Origin: Gemmatimonadales bacterium
Lineage (GTDB): Bacteria > Gemmatimonadota > Gemmatimonadetes > Gemmatimonadales > GWC2-71-9
Assembly: GCA_039930845.1 (NCBI GenBank)
Contig: JBDTTA010000002.1
Span: forward strand, 1-53,748
Direction of reading: 5' to 3'
DNA length: 53,748 bases
The notes below the pieces were generated by a model that saw only the letters and a program-made list of their open reading frames with translations, searched no databases and was not told the DNA's origin. Below, piece by piece: positions 45,534 through 53,748 of the stretch. Numbering within the stretch: the stretch's first letter is position 1; each line of letters begins with the position of its first letter. A program made the position numbers and the translations under genes.

Positions 45534-46658
45534 ATGCCGCTGAATGTCCTGCTCGTCAACTGGCAGGATCGTGAGAATCCGCAGGCGGGGGGAGCGGAGG
45601 TCCACCTGTTCGAGATCTTCGGCCGGCTCGCCGCGGCGGGGCACCGGGTGAGGATGGTGTGCTCGGGGTGGGCTGGGGCACCGGGGTCGGCGATGGTGGG
45701 CGGTATCGCGGTCAGACGCGTGGGACGACGGAACACCTTCGCCTTCCTCGGCCGTCGCGCCGTACGGCGGGCGATTCGCGTCGAGCGGCCCGATGTCCTC
45801 GTCGAGGACATCAACAAGGTTCCCCTGTTCCTCGCGCGCCAGGGCGTGCCCTTCTGCGCCATCGTGCCGCACCTTTTCGGGGAGACGGTTTTCGAGGAGG
45901 CCCCGTGGCCGCTGGCCGCCGCGGTGTGGCTCGCGGAGCGGCCGCTCCCGGCGGCCTACAGAGATTCGGCCTTTCACGTGATCAGCGAGAGCACGCGGGA
46001 TGATCTGATCGGACGCGGCATTCCGGCCGCGGGCATCCGCGTGATCCACCCGGGCGTGGACAGCGTGCACCTGACTCCCGATCCGAATGGACGGCGCACG
46101 CCGACACCGACCTTCTTGTACGTTGGACGGTTGAAGCGTTATAAAGGAATAGGGCTCGCGATCGCCGCGCTCGCCGCCGCCAGGCGAGTCAGACCGGATC
46201 TCCGTTTCGTCGTGGCGGGGGCCGGTGACTACCTGCACGAACTGCGGCGGCTCGCGAGCGAGCAGGGCCAGGTGGACGCCGTGGACTTTCGCGGATTCGT
46301 GACTGACGCCGAGAAGCTCGATCTGTTCAGAGCATCCTGGGCAAACCTCTTTCCTTCGCCCAAGGAAGGCTGGGGCATCACGGTGGTCGAGGCGGCCGCG
46401 TGCGGCACGCCTTCGATCGCCTCGGACAGCCCCGGCCTTCGGGATTCCGTCCGCCATGGCGAGACTGGCTACCTTGTGCCCCATGGTGACGTCGAAGCGC
46501 TCGCCGCCCGCATGCTGGAGCTCGCGGCATCGCCGGATCTGGTCACCCGGCTCGGCGTCGCCGCCCGCCGATTCGCGGAGGGGCTCACCTGGGAGCACGC
46601 CGCCGCCGCCACCGAACGACACCTCGATGACATCATCGCCGGCACGGCGATCCGCTGA
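45534..46658 (+). CDS. Glycosyltransferase family 4 (GT-B fold)
   Basis: FLYVGRLKRYKGI and PSPKEGWGITVVEAAACGTPSIAS (EX7E region). Confidence 0.8.
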   Translation: MPLNVLLVNWQDRENPQAGGAEVHLFEIFGRLAAAGHRVRMVCSGWAGAPGSAMVGGIAVRRVGRRNTFAFLGRRAVRRAIRVERPDVLVEDINKVPLFLARQGVPFCAIVPHLFGETVFEEAPWPLAAAVWLAERPLPAAYRDSAFHVISESTRDDLIGRGIPAAGIRVIHPGVDSVHLTPDPNGRRTPTPTFLYVGRLKRYKGIGLAIAALAAARRVRPDLRFVVAGAGDYLHELRRLASEQGQVDAVDFRGFVTDAEKLDLFRASWANLFPSPKEGWGITVVEAAACGTPSIASDSPGLRDSVRHGETGYLVPHGDVEALAARMLELAASPDLVTRLGVAARRFAEGLTWEHAAAATERHLDDIIAGTAIR

Positions 46659-46673
46659 CCTGGAGGAGGAGCC

Positions 46674-46988
46674 ATGCAGACCACCATCACCGCCCGCCAC
46701 TGCGAGATCTCCATCGCCCTGAAGGAGCGCGCGCTCAGCGTCGTCGAGCGGCTCGGCAACCTGGCCTCGAGACCGGTCGAATCGGCGATCGTGTTCGATG
46801 TGGAAGGACCGTCGCAGCGGGCCGAGCTGCGGCTGCACCTCTCGAGCGGCGAGCTGCTGGTGGCGCGGGGCGAGGCCGCCGATCATCGCAGCGCCCTCGA
46901 TCGCGCCGAGGACAAACTGCGACGCCAGCTCGAGAAGCGCTCGCCGTACCCGCGCCGCACGCGGGCGCCCCAGGCGCCGCCGGCCTGA
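46674..46988 (+). CDS. hpf: Ribosome hibernation promoting factor (HPF/RaiA family, short form)
   Basis: MQTTITARHCEISIALKERA...ADHRSALDRAEDKLRRQLEK. ggaggagg lies upstream of the ATG. Confidence 0.8.
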   Translation: MQTTITARHCEISIALKERALSVVERLGNLASRPVESAIVFDVEGPSQRAELRLHLSSGELLVARGEAADHRSALDRAEDKLRRQLEKRSPYPRRTRAPQAPPA

Positions 46989-47950
46989 TGCTGCGCCTGC
47001 GCGATTTCCTCTCCCGCCGGGGCGATCCGCTCCAGCTCGAAGCGCTCACCGGCGATCTCGGGCTCGACCGGCAGATGCCGGAGGCCGAAGTGGCGAGTCC
47101 CGGGCTGGTGCTGGCGGGGTACACGGGGCGGTTTGCGCCGAGCCGCATTCACGTCCTCGGCGAAACCGAGATCACCTATCTCAACTCGTTGAGTCCCGAG
47201 CAGCGTCAGATCGCGCTCGAGAAATTCTTCAGCTTCGAGCTGCCCTGCATCTTCGTCACAAAGGGCCAGGACGTGCCGCCGGAGCTGTTGGAGCTTGCCC
47301 GCGCCCGCGGGGTGCCGGTGCTGCGCAGCAAGCTCAAGACGGCCGAGTTCTATCGGCGGGTCAAGCCGATCGTCGAGGAGGCGTTCGCGCCACGCACCAC
47401 GCTGCATGGCTCGCTGGCGGATGTGTACGGCGTGGGGTTGCTGTTCGTGGGCCGGTCGGGCATCGGCAAGAGCGAGTGTGTGCTCGACCTGGTCGAGCGG
47501 GGCCACCGGCTCGTCGCGGACGACGTCGTGCAGGTGACGCGGCGGGGCAACGACGTCCTCATCGGTCGCGGCCACGAGCTCGCCGCCCATCACATGGAAA
47601 TTCGGGGCATCGGCCTGATCGACATCCCGGCCCTCTTCGGGGCGCGGTCGGTGCGCCAGCAGAAGCGCATCGAAGTCGTGGTTCAGCTCGAAGCGTGGGA
47701 CACCGCCAAGGACGCGGACCGGACCGGGCTTTCGCAGGAGGAGACGATCATTCTGGACGTGGCGCTCCCGAGGGTCGTGGTGCCGCTCAATCCGGGGAAG
47801 AACATTACGGTCATCTCGGAGGTTGTTGCGATGATGCATCTCCTCCGTTATTCCGGGGTCGATGTTGCCGCGACGTTCAACGCGCGACTCATCAAGCGCA
47901 TGAAGGAGCAAAAGGGCGTGCGGGAGTATCTCCAGGAAGACTATGAGTGA
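46988..47950 (+). CDS. hprK: HPr kinase/phosphorylase, full length (320 aa)
   Basis: GRSGIGKSECVLDLVERGHRLVADD (P-loop), MEIRGIGLIDI. Confidence 0.9.
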   Translation: MLRLRDFLSRRGDPLQLEALTGDLGLDRQMPEAEVASPGLVLAGYTGRFAPSRIHVLGETEITYLNSLSPEQRQIALEKFFSFELPCIFVTKGQDVPPELLELARARGVPVLRSKLKTAEFYRRVKPIVEEAFAPRTTLHGSLADVYGVGLLFVGRSGIGKSECVLDLVERGHRLVADDVVQVTRRGNDVLIGRGHELAAHHMEIRGIGLIDIPALFGARSVRQQKRIEVVVQLEAWDTAKDADRTGLSQEETIILDVALPRVVVPLNPGKNITVISEVVAMMHLLRYSGVDVAATFNARLIKRMKEQKGVREYLQEDYE

Positions 47951-48317
47951 CGAGCTGCGAGGCGTCGTCGTCTGCCACGGGAAACTCGCGGGAGCGTTGG
48001 TCGACGCGGCCGAGCAGATCAGCGGCGTGCGAGGGGCGCTGATGCCGATCTCCAACACCGACTGCGACCGGGGCACGCTCGAGCAGCGAGTGGCGGAGGC
48101 GGTGGACGGCGCTCCTTCCGTCGTCTTCGTCGATCTGTCGAGCGGCTCCTGTCTCTTCGCCGTGCTCAACCGATTGCGTGAGGCGGCGGGCGTCAGGGTG
48201 GTCACCGGAGTGAATCTCGCCATGCTGGTGGATTTCGTCTTTCATCGCTCCCTCTCGGCCGGCGAGGCGGCGGCCCGCGCAGCGGACGCCGGCGGCAAGG
48301 CGATCGGGACGCGCTGA
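47943..48317 (+). CDS. PTS EIIA component, mannose/fructose/sorbose family
   Basis: GVVVCHGKLAGALVDAAEQI (N-terminal phospho-His loop typical of EIIA-Man). 124 aa. Confidence 0.75.
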   Translation: MSDELRGVVVCHGKLAGALVDAAEQISGVRGALMPISNTDCDRGTLEQRVAEAVDGAPSVVFVDLSSGSCLFAVLNRLREAAGVRVVTGVNLAMLVDFVFHRSLSAGEAAARAADAGGKAIGTR

Positions 48318-48793
48318 TGCCGATCGTGCTGTGTCGCGTGGACGACCGGCTGGTGCACGGCCAGGTCGTCATCGGATGGGGACGCTCGCTGGCCATCGAG
48401 CTGATCGTACTGGTCGACGACACGGTGGCCGCGAGCCAATGGGAGCAGGACCTGTATCGCATGGCGGTGCCGCCCGAAATCGAGGTGCGCTTCACGACGA
48501 TCGCCGACGCCTCGACCCACCTCGCGGAGTGGCAGAGCGGCGCGCGGCGCACGCTCATCCTCACCGGCGACCTGCCGAGCATGATCGCGCTGCACGCCGC
48601 CAGCCCCTCCTCGATCCATGAGGTCAACCTCGGTGGCATCCATCATCGCGCGGGGCGCCGCGAGCGGCTGCCCTATCTTTATCTGACTGACGATGAGCTG
48701 CGATCCCTGCTCGCGCTCGAGGCCGCCGGCGCCGACGTTCGCGCCCAGGACCTGCCCACGAGCGCACCGGTGCCGCTGAGGTCGTTGTCATGA
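48317..48793 (+). CDS. PTS EIIB component, mannose/sorbose family
   Basis: CRVDDRLVHGQVVIGW matches the RIDDRLIHGQV phospho-His motif. Confidence 0.8.
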   Translation: MPIVLCRVDDRLVHGQVVIGWGRSLAIELIVLVDDTVAASQWEQDLYRMAVPPEIEVRFTTIADASTHLAEWQSGARRTLILTGDLPSMIALHAASPSSIHEVNLGGIHHRAGRRERLPYLYLTDDELRSLLALEAAGADVRAQDLPTSAPVPLRSLS

Positions 48794-49470
48794 TCGAGCT
48801 GCAGCTGCACGGCGCCCTGCTGCTGATCGTCTGGGGAATGGTGGTCGCGCTTGATCTGGTGAGTGTCCCCCAGGGATTGCTGTCGCGGCCTCTGGTGGCG
48901 GGGACGGTGGCGGGCTGGATTGCCGGAGACCTCGAAGCGGGACTCCGGATGGGCGTGTTATTCGAGTGTTTCGCGCTCGATGTGCTCCCCATCGGCGCGG
49001 TGCGCTACCCCGACTACGGGCCGGCGACGGTCGTCGCCGCGGCGCTCGCCGCCCACGCGCCGTGGGAATTCGGGCTCGGCGTCAGCGCGCTACTCGGCCT
49101 CGTCCTCTCGGTGATCGGCGGGTGGAGTCTCCAGTTCGTGCGGCGGTGGAACGCTCGTGCGATTCAGCGGCGTGCGGCGGCCCTGGCCGCGGGAGGAAGC
49201 AGCGCCATTCGCCGCCTGCAATACGGCGGACTTCTGCGGGACGCGCTTCGCGGCGCGGTACTCACCGTGGTCGGGCTCGCGGCCGCCTGGCTGATCGCCC
49301 GGGTCATGCCGACCGCCCGCCAGACGGCGGTGGGCCTGAGTCTGGTGGCGGTCGGCGGCGCGCTTGCGGCAGCGATCAGCGGCGCCGTCCGGAGTGCCGG
49401 TCGCGGTGCCCGCCTCCGCTGGCTCATCGGCGGTGCGGCGGTGGGCGTACTCCTCGCGGTGCTGACATGA
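48790..49470 (+). CDS. PTS EIIC component, mannose family
   Basis: LDLVSVPQGLLSRPLVAGTVAGWIAGDLEAGLRMGVLFECFAL aligns by eye with the N-terminal region of ManY as I recall it. Polytopic. Confidence 0.8.
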   Translation: MIELQLHGALLLIVWGMVVALDLVSVPQGLLSRPLVAGTVAGWIAGDLEAGLRMGVLFECFALDVLPIGAVRYPDYGPATVVAAALAAHAPWEFGLGVSALLGLVLSVIGGWSLQFVRRWNARAIQRRAAALAAGGSSAIRRLQYGGLLRDALRGAVLTVVGLAAAWLIARVMPTARQTAVGLSLVAVGGALAAAISGAVRSAGRGARLRWLIGGAAVGVLLAVLT

Positions 49471-50201
49471 CGGGCGGATGGCGGGCACTGCTCCGGCTGC
49501 TCGCGGTGCAGGGCACCTGGAATTACGAGCGGATGCTCGGTGTGGGGATGGGGTACGCGGCGGAGCCGCTGCTCGAGGATCTCAAGACGGTCGACCCGGT
49601 GCGCCACAGCGAGGCCATCGTGCGGTCGACGGAGTTCTTCAACTGCAATCCCAATCTTGCGGGCCTGGCACTTGGCGCCACGACCCGCGCCGAATACGAA
49701 GCGGTGCCGGGCGACCAGATCGCGCGGCTTCGGACCGCACTCTGCAGCCCGCTCGGCGCCCTCGGGGACGAGCTGTTCTGGACTGGCGCGGTGCCGGCGC
49801 TGGTGGGCGCGGCGCTCGCGGCCGTCGTACTGGGGGCGGGCTGGTGGGCGATCGTCGGATTGCTCATCGTGTACAACCTGTTTCGTCTCGCCACCGCCAT
49901 CTGGTCGCTGCGCACCGGATTCGATGCCGGCATGAAGGTGGGCGCGGCGATCAGCGCCTCGTGGGTGCCTCGCGCGGTGGCGAGGGTGGGGCCGGTCGCG
50001 GGGTTTACCGTCGGTGTCGCCATCCCGCTGGTGGCGGGCTGGTTCCTCCGCGGCTTCGGATGGCCCGGCGGGCTCGGGGCACTGGCGCTCGCCGCCGTGG
50101 GCGTGATGGTCACCCGGTGGTTCGGTCCGGGGCTCAACACCGTCCGGTTCACGCTACTCGCCATGCTACTGCTGCTCCTGTTCCGCCGGGTCGGACTGTG
50201 A
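49467..50201 (+). CDS. PTS EIID component, mannose family
   Basis: VQGTWNYERMLGVGMGYA...TEFFNCNP...GDELFWTG aligns by eye with ManZ motifs as I recall them. ATGA overlap with EIIC. Confidence 0.8.
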   Translation: MTGGWRALLRLLAVQGTWNYERMLGVGMGYAAEPLLEDLKTVDPVRHSEAIVRSTEFFNCNPNLAGLALGATTRAEYEAVPGDQIARLRTALCSPLGALGDELFWTGAVPALVGAALAAVVLGAGWWAIVGLLIVYNLFRLATAIWSLRTGFDAGMKVGAAISASWVPRAVARVGPVAGFTVGVAIPLVAGWFLRGFGWPGGLGALALAAVGVMVTRWFGPGLNTVRFTLLAMLLLLLFRRVGL

Positions 50202-50464
50202 TCGAGCGCGAGGCGGTCATCGTCAACCGTGACGGCCTCCATGCGCGGCCCGCGGCCCGCATCGTCCGGCTGGCCAGCAGCTTCGCCGCGGATATCGAGA
50301 TCGCGAGGGAAGGAGTGGGCGTGAATGGCAAGAGCATCATGGGGGTGATGATGCTGTCCGCGGAATGCGGCAGCTCGATCACCATTCGCGCCGATGGGGT
50401 CGACGCGGAGCAGGCGGTCACCGCGCTGGCGGAGCTGGTGGCCGGCGGATTCGGGGAGCCGTGA
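50198..50464 (+). CDS. ptsH: Phosphocarrier protein HPr
   Basis: NRDGLHARPAA (His15 site) and NGKSIMGVM (Ser46 site). 88 aa. GTGA overlap with EIID. Confidence 0.85.
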   Translation: MIEREAVIVNRDGLHARPAARIVRLASSFAADIEIAREGVGVNGKSIMGVMMLSAECGSSITIRADGVDAEQAVTALAELVAGGFGEP

Positions 50465-52275
50465 TGTCCCGGGTGATCAGGGGCATCGGCGTATCGCCTG
50501 GCGTGGCCTGTGCTCCGGCCCTCGTGGTGCGCTGGGACTTCCCCGAGGTGCCCGACCGGGCCGTACGACCCGACCAGGTCGAAGACGAAGTGCACCGGCT
50601 CCGCACCGCGGTGGAGCACGTCGTCGCCGATCTCCACGTCCTCGGTGGTCGCGTGCTCGAACGCGCCGGACCCGAGGAATCGCGGATTTTCGACGCGCAG
50701 ATCCTGATGGCGCAGGACGTCGATTTTCTGGCGTCCGTCGAGACCCTCATCAGGAAGAACCAGCTCAGTGCCGAAACCGCCTTCGAGTTCAAGGCACTCG
50801 AGCTTCGCAATCTCTGGTCGGGCGCGGCGCGCCTGCGTGAGCGGCTGGCCGACCTGCACGCCATCCAGCTTCGCATGCTCAATCAGCTCATGGGCCGCTC
50901 CGGCCCGGAACCGTGGTCGGTCCCCGTCGATGAGCATGTCATCGTCGTGACCCACGAGCTGTCTCCCGGTCTCACCGTCCAGCTCGACCGCGAGCACGTC
51001 GTGGGCGTGGTGAGCGAGGAGGGCACCCGTACCGCGCATGCGGCGATTCTCGCGCACTCCCTCGGCATCCCCGCGGTGATGGGCGCGGTCGGCGCGGTCA
51101 CCCAGATCCCCGCCGGCACCATGCTGCTGCTCGATGGCCAGAGCGGAACGATCACGCTCGAGCCGAATCGGAGCGAGCTCGAAGAGGCCCGGGTGCAGGT
51201 CAGCCGGCGGCACCGCCTGGAGATGCAGCTCGAGGCCGTCGTCGACCAGCCTGCGGTGACGCCGTCGGGGCGCCCGATCCGGTTGATGGGCAACGTGGAC
51301 CTCCCGGAGGAGATCGAGCCGGCGGTGCGGATGGGCGCACAGGGGGTCGGTCTCCTCAGGACGGAATTCCTGCTGACCGGCCGGGCGACATTGCCCACCG
51401 AGAACGAGCAGACCGACTACTTCCGCCGCATTGCCGCAGCGTTCCCGGGAAACCCGGTGGTGATCCGCTCATTCGACCTCGGCGGCGACAAGTTCCCGGT
51501 GGCGTTCAAGGCGGCACAGGAGGCCAACCCCTTCCTCGGCTGGCGCTCCATTCGCGTCTGCCTCGACGAGCCCGAGGTGTTCCGGCCGCAGATCCGCGCC
51601 ATTCTCAGGGCCGCCGTGGACCGGGACATCCATCTCATGCTTCCGCTGGTGACGCTGGTGGAAGAGGTGGAGCAGACGCGGGAGATCATGCTGGAGGAGG
51701 CCGCGGCGCTGAGCCGGGAAGGGGTCCGGGCCGCCGCATCGGTGCCCGTCGGCGTCATGATCGAGACGCCCGCGGCCGTGCTCATCGGTGACCGGCTGGC
51801 CGAGGTGAGCGATTTTTTCAGCGTGGGCACCAATGACCTCACCCAGTACACAATGGCGGTGGACCGCGGCAACGCCCGGCTCGCGAACCGCTTCACACCG
51901 CATCATCCGTCGATCGTACGGCAGTTGCGGAACGTGCTGGAGATCGGCCGCGCGGCGAACATCCCGGTGAGCGTGTGCGGAGAGATGGCCTCGGAGGCGT
52001 TGAGCGCGGTGTTGCTCATCGGGCTGGGGTACGACCGTCTCAGCGTCTCGCCTCCCGCGCTCCCGCTGGTCAAGTGGGTCGTCCGGACGGTGCCCGACTC
52101 CGCCGCACGGCAGGCGGCGGAGTCGGCGCTCTCGGCGCGCAGCGCGGAGGAAGTGTCGGAAGCGTTGCGGAGCGTCGTCGGCGAGTACATCGACGTGCGC
52201 CTGCTCGACCCCCAGTCGGCGTTGCCCGGTCGCGGACGGGTTGCTAGCTTGCCACCCGGCACGGCGGCGTCGTAG
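50464..52275 (+). CDS. ptsI: Phosphoenolpyruvate-protein phosphotransferase (PTS Enzyme I)
   Basis: [19 protein letters not shown] (phospho-His), [27 protein letters not shown]. Confidence 0.9.
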   Translation: MSRVIRGIGVSPGVACAPALVVRWDFPEVPDRAVRPDQVEDEVHRLRTAVEHVVADLHVLGGRVLERAGPEESRIFDAQILMAQDVDFLASVETLIRKNQLSAETAFEFKALELRNLWSGAARLRERLADLHAIQLRMLNQLMGRSGPEPWSVPVDEHVIVVTHELSPGLTVQLDREHVVGVVSEEGTRTAHAAILAHSLGIPAVMGAVGAVTQIPAGTMLLLDGQSGTITLEPNRSELEEARVQVSRRHRLEMQLEAVVDQPAVTPSGRPIRLMGNVDLPEEIEPAVRMGAQGVGLLRTEFLLTGRATLPTENEQTDYFRRIAAAFPGNPVVIRSFDLGGDKFPVAFKAAQEANPFLGWRSIRVCLDEPEVFRPQIRAILRAAVDRDIHLMLPLVTLVEEVEQTREIMLEEAAALSREGVRAAASVPVGVMIETPAAVLIGDRLAEVSDFFSVGTNDLTQYTMAVDRGNARLANRFTPHHPSIVRQLRNVLEIGRAANIPVSVCGEMASEALSAVLLIGLGYDRLSVSPPALPLVKWVVRTVPDSAARQAAESALSARSAEEVSEALRSVVGEYIDVRLLDPQSALPGRGRVASLPPGTAAS

Positions 52276-52287
52276 GCCGCCTTTTTT
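52263..52287 (+). terminator. Rho-independent terminator: GGCGGC-gtcgtag-GCCGCC followed by TTTTTT
   Basis: Read directly. The stem-loop overlaps the ptsI stop (52273-52275) and a T6 tract follows at 52282-52287. Confidence 0.6.
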
Positions 52288-52318
52288 CACTTGCTCCCAT
52301 TCGAGGAAACCGCCACTC

Positions 52319-53554
52319 ATGGCTGCACCGAAGCGACATGTGTTCACCTCCGAGTCCGTGACCGAAGGGCATCCCGACAAGGTGGCCGATCAGATCTCCG
52401 ATGCCGTGCTCGACGCCATTCTGGCGCGCGATCCGGCCGGGCGTGTCGCGTGCGAGACGCTGGTGACGACGGGCATGGCGGTCGTCGCGGGTGAGATCAC
52501 CACCAAGACGTACGTGCACATTCCCGATCTGGTGCGCAAGACGGTCCAGGACATCGGCTACGTTGACGCGTCATTCGGCATGGACGGGCGGACCTGTGCG
52601 GTACTCACCGCGATCGACCGGCAGTCCACCGACATCGCGATGGGTGTGGACTCGGACGCCGAGCGCGCACAGGGCGCGGGCGATCAGGGGATGATGTTCG
52701 GCTACGCCTCCAACGAGACGAAGGAGCGGATGCCGCTCCCGATCATGCTGGCGCACCGCATCGCCGAGCGGCTGGCCGCGGTACGGAAAGGCACCGGCGG
52801 GCTGCGGCCCATCGAGTGGCTCCGGCCCGACGGCAAATCGCAGGTGTCGGTGGAGTACGAGGGCGACCGGCCGGTGGCCGTCCGTACGGTGGTCGTCTCG
52901 ACCCAACATGCCGAGCGCAACGGCAACCGGCAGCTGGGCCAGAGCACCATCCGTGAGGGTGTGATCGAGGAGGTCATCAAACCGGTGCTCGATGCGGCGC
53001 GCCTCGACTACCGGCGCACCCGGTTTCTGATCAATCCGACCGGCCGATTCGTCATCGGCGGTCCGCATGGTGATGCCGGCCTCACGGGACGGAAAATCAT
53101 CGTGGACACCTACGGCGGCATGGCGCGGCACGGGGGCGGCGCCTTCAGCGGCAAGGACCCCTCGAAGGTGGATCGCTCCGCGGCCTACGCGTCGCGGTGG
53201 GTGGCGAAAAACATCGTCGAAGCGAAGCTGGCCCGCCGCTGCGAGGTGCAGTTCGCCTACGCCATCGGCGTGGCGCATCCCGTCTCCATCATGGTGCAGA
53301 CATTCGGCACCGGCGTCCTGCCCGATGCCGCGCTCGAGAAGATCGTCGACGAGGTGTTCGATCTGACGCCGCGCGGCATCATTGACGCGCTGAAACTCAA
53401 GCGGCCGATTTACCAGAAGACGGCGGCCTACGGCCATTTCGGCCGCAAGCCGTTTCGCGGGACGTACATGACCGATTCGAAGAAGCTCACTGTCGATTAT
53501 TTCACCTGGGAAGAGACCGACCGCGTGAAGGACCTGCTGTCGGCCGCCCGCTGA
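52319..53554 (+). CDS. metK: S-adenosylmethionine synthase
   Basis: [56 protein letters not shown]. Confidence 0.95.
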   Translation: MAAPKRHVFTSESVTEGHPDKVADQISDAVLDAILARDPAGRVACETLVTTGMAVVAGEITTKTYVHIPDLVRKTVQDIGYVDASFGMDGRTCAVLTAIDRQSTDIAMGVDSDAERAQGAGDQGMMFGYASNETKERMPLPIMLAHRIAERLAAVRKGTGGLRPIEWLRPDGKSQVSVEYEGDRPVAVRTVVVSTQHAERNGNRQLGQSTIREGVIEEVIKPVLDAARLDYRRTRFLINPTGRFVIGGPHGDAGLTGRKIIVDTYGGMARHGGGAFSGKDPSKVDRSAAYASRWVAKNIVEAKLARRCEVQFAYAIGVAHPVSIMVQTFGTGVLPDAALEKIVDEVFDLTPRGIIDALKLKRPIYQKTAAYGHFGRKPFRGTYMTDSKKLTVDYFTWEETDRVKDLLSAAR

Positions 53555-53561
53555 GGAGCCC

Positions 53562-53748
53562 ATGACCGCATCGATTACCGTGGCCCAGCATGACGTCAAG
53601 GACCTCGGGCTCGCCGATGAAGGGAAGCGCCGCACCGAGTGGTCGGAGCGCTCCATGCCGGTGCTCCGGCAGATCCGCAACCGGTTTGCCAGGGAGCAGC
53701 CGCTCAAGGGGCTCAGGCTCTCGGCCTGTCTCCACGTCACCACCGAGA
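53562..53748 (+). CDS. ahcY: Adenosylhomocysteinase, 3' end truncated by the window edge
   Basis: VKDLGLADEGKRRTEWSERSMPVL...QPLKGLRLSACLHVTTE matches the AhcY N-terminal region. Confidence 0.8.
   Translation, partial: MTASITVAQHDVKDLGLADEGKRRTEWSERSMPVLRQIRNRFAREQPLKGLRLSACLHVTTE

Overview
Very GC-rich bacterial chromosomal segment with diderm-type envelope genes. The gene content (HprK, Man-type PTS, ComFB) suggests a Gemmatimonadota- or FCB-like lineage, but that is only a guess. Almost all genes sit on the + strand in long, tightly packed, often start/stop-overlapping arrays. (1) A dcw division and cell-wall cluster: murE(partial)-murF // mraY-murD-ftsW-murG-murC-ftsQ-ftsA-ftsZ, continuing into an M23 peptidase, hisA, a vWA-like membrane protein, ftsY and recG. 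(2) On the minus strand, a BamB-like lipoprotein and a small secreted protein; then asnS, mazG(-), and alr-deoB-cdd followed by a lipoprotein and an outer-membrane barrel. (3) miaB-comFB-comEC-fbp and an acyl-CoA mutase catalytic subunit. (4) A roughly 14 kb run: fmdB-argS-pfkB-purM-ribD-ribE-ribBA-ribH-nusB-GT4-hpf-hprK-PTS(EIIA/B/C/D Man family)-ptsH-ptsI, ending in a clear terminator, then metK and ahcY(partial). The one clearly accessory region is a ~3.8 kb, visibly lower-GC insertion (about 2.5-6.3 kb) between murF and mraY. It is bounded by perfect 21-bp direct repeats, and the displaced ancestral murF 3' end still sits 6 nt upstream of mraY. It carries a PAPS-type sulfotransferase, an SDR epimerase/dehydratase and a hexapeptide acyltransferase. 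It also holds a decayed RecQ fragment flanked by its own 18-bp repeats, and an AT-rich repeat array that looks like an operator region. No integrase, CRISPR array, tRNA or rRNA was found. Secondary observations are G-tract and inverted-repeat elements at gene junctions, a heptamer tandem repeat, AT-rich promoter-like boxes, and a complete HprK plus mannose-family PTS operon. All calls come from reading the translations and the DNA by eye; no database search was run.
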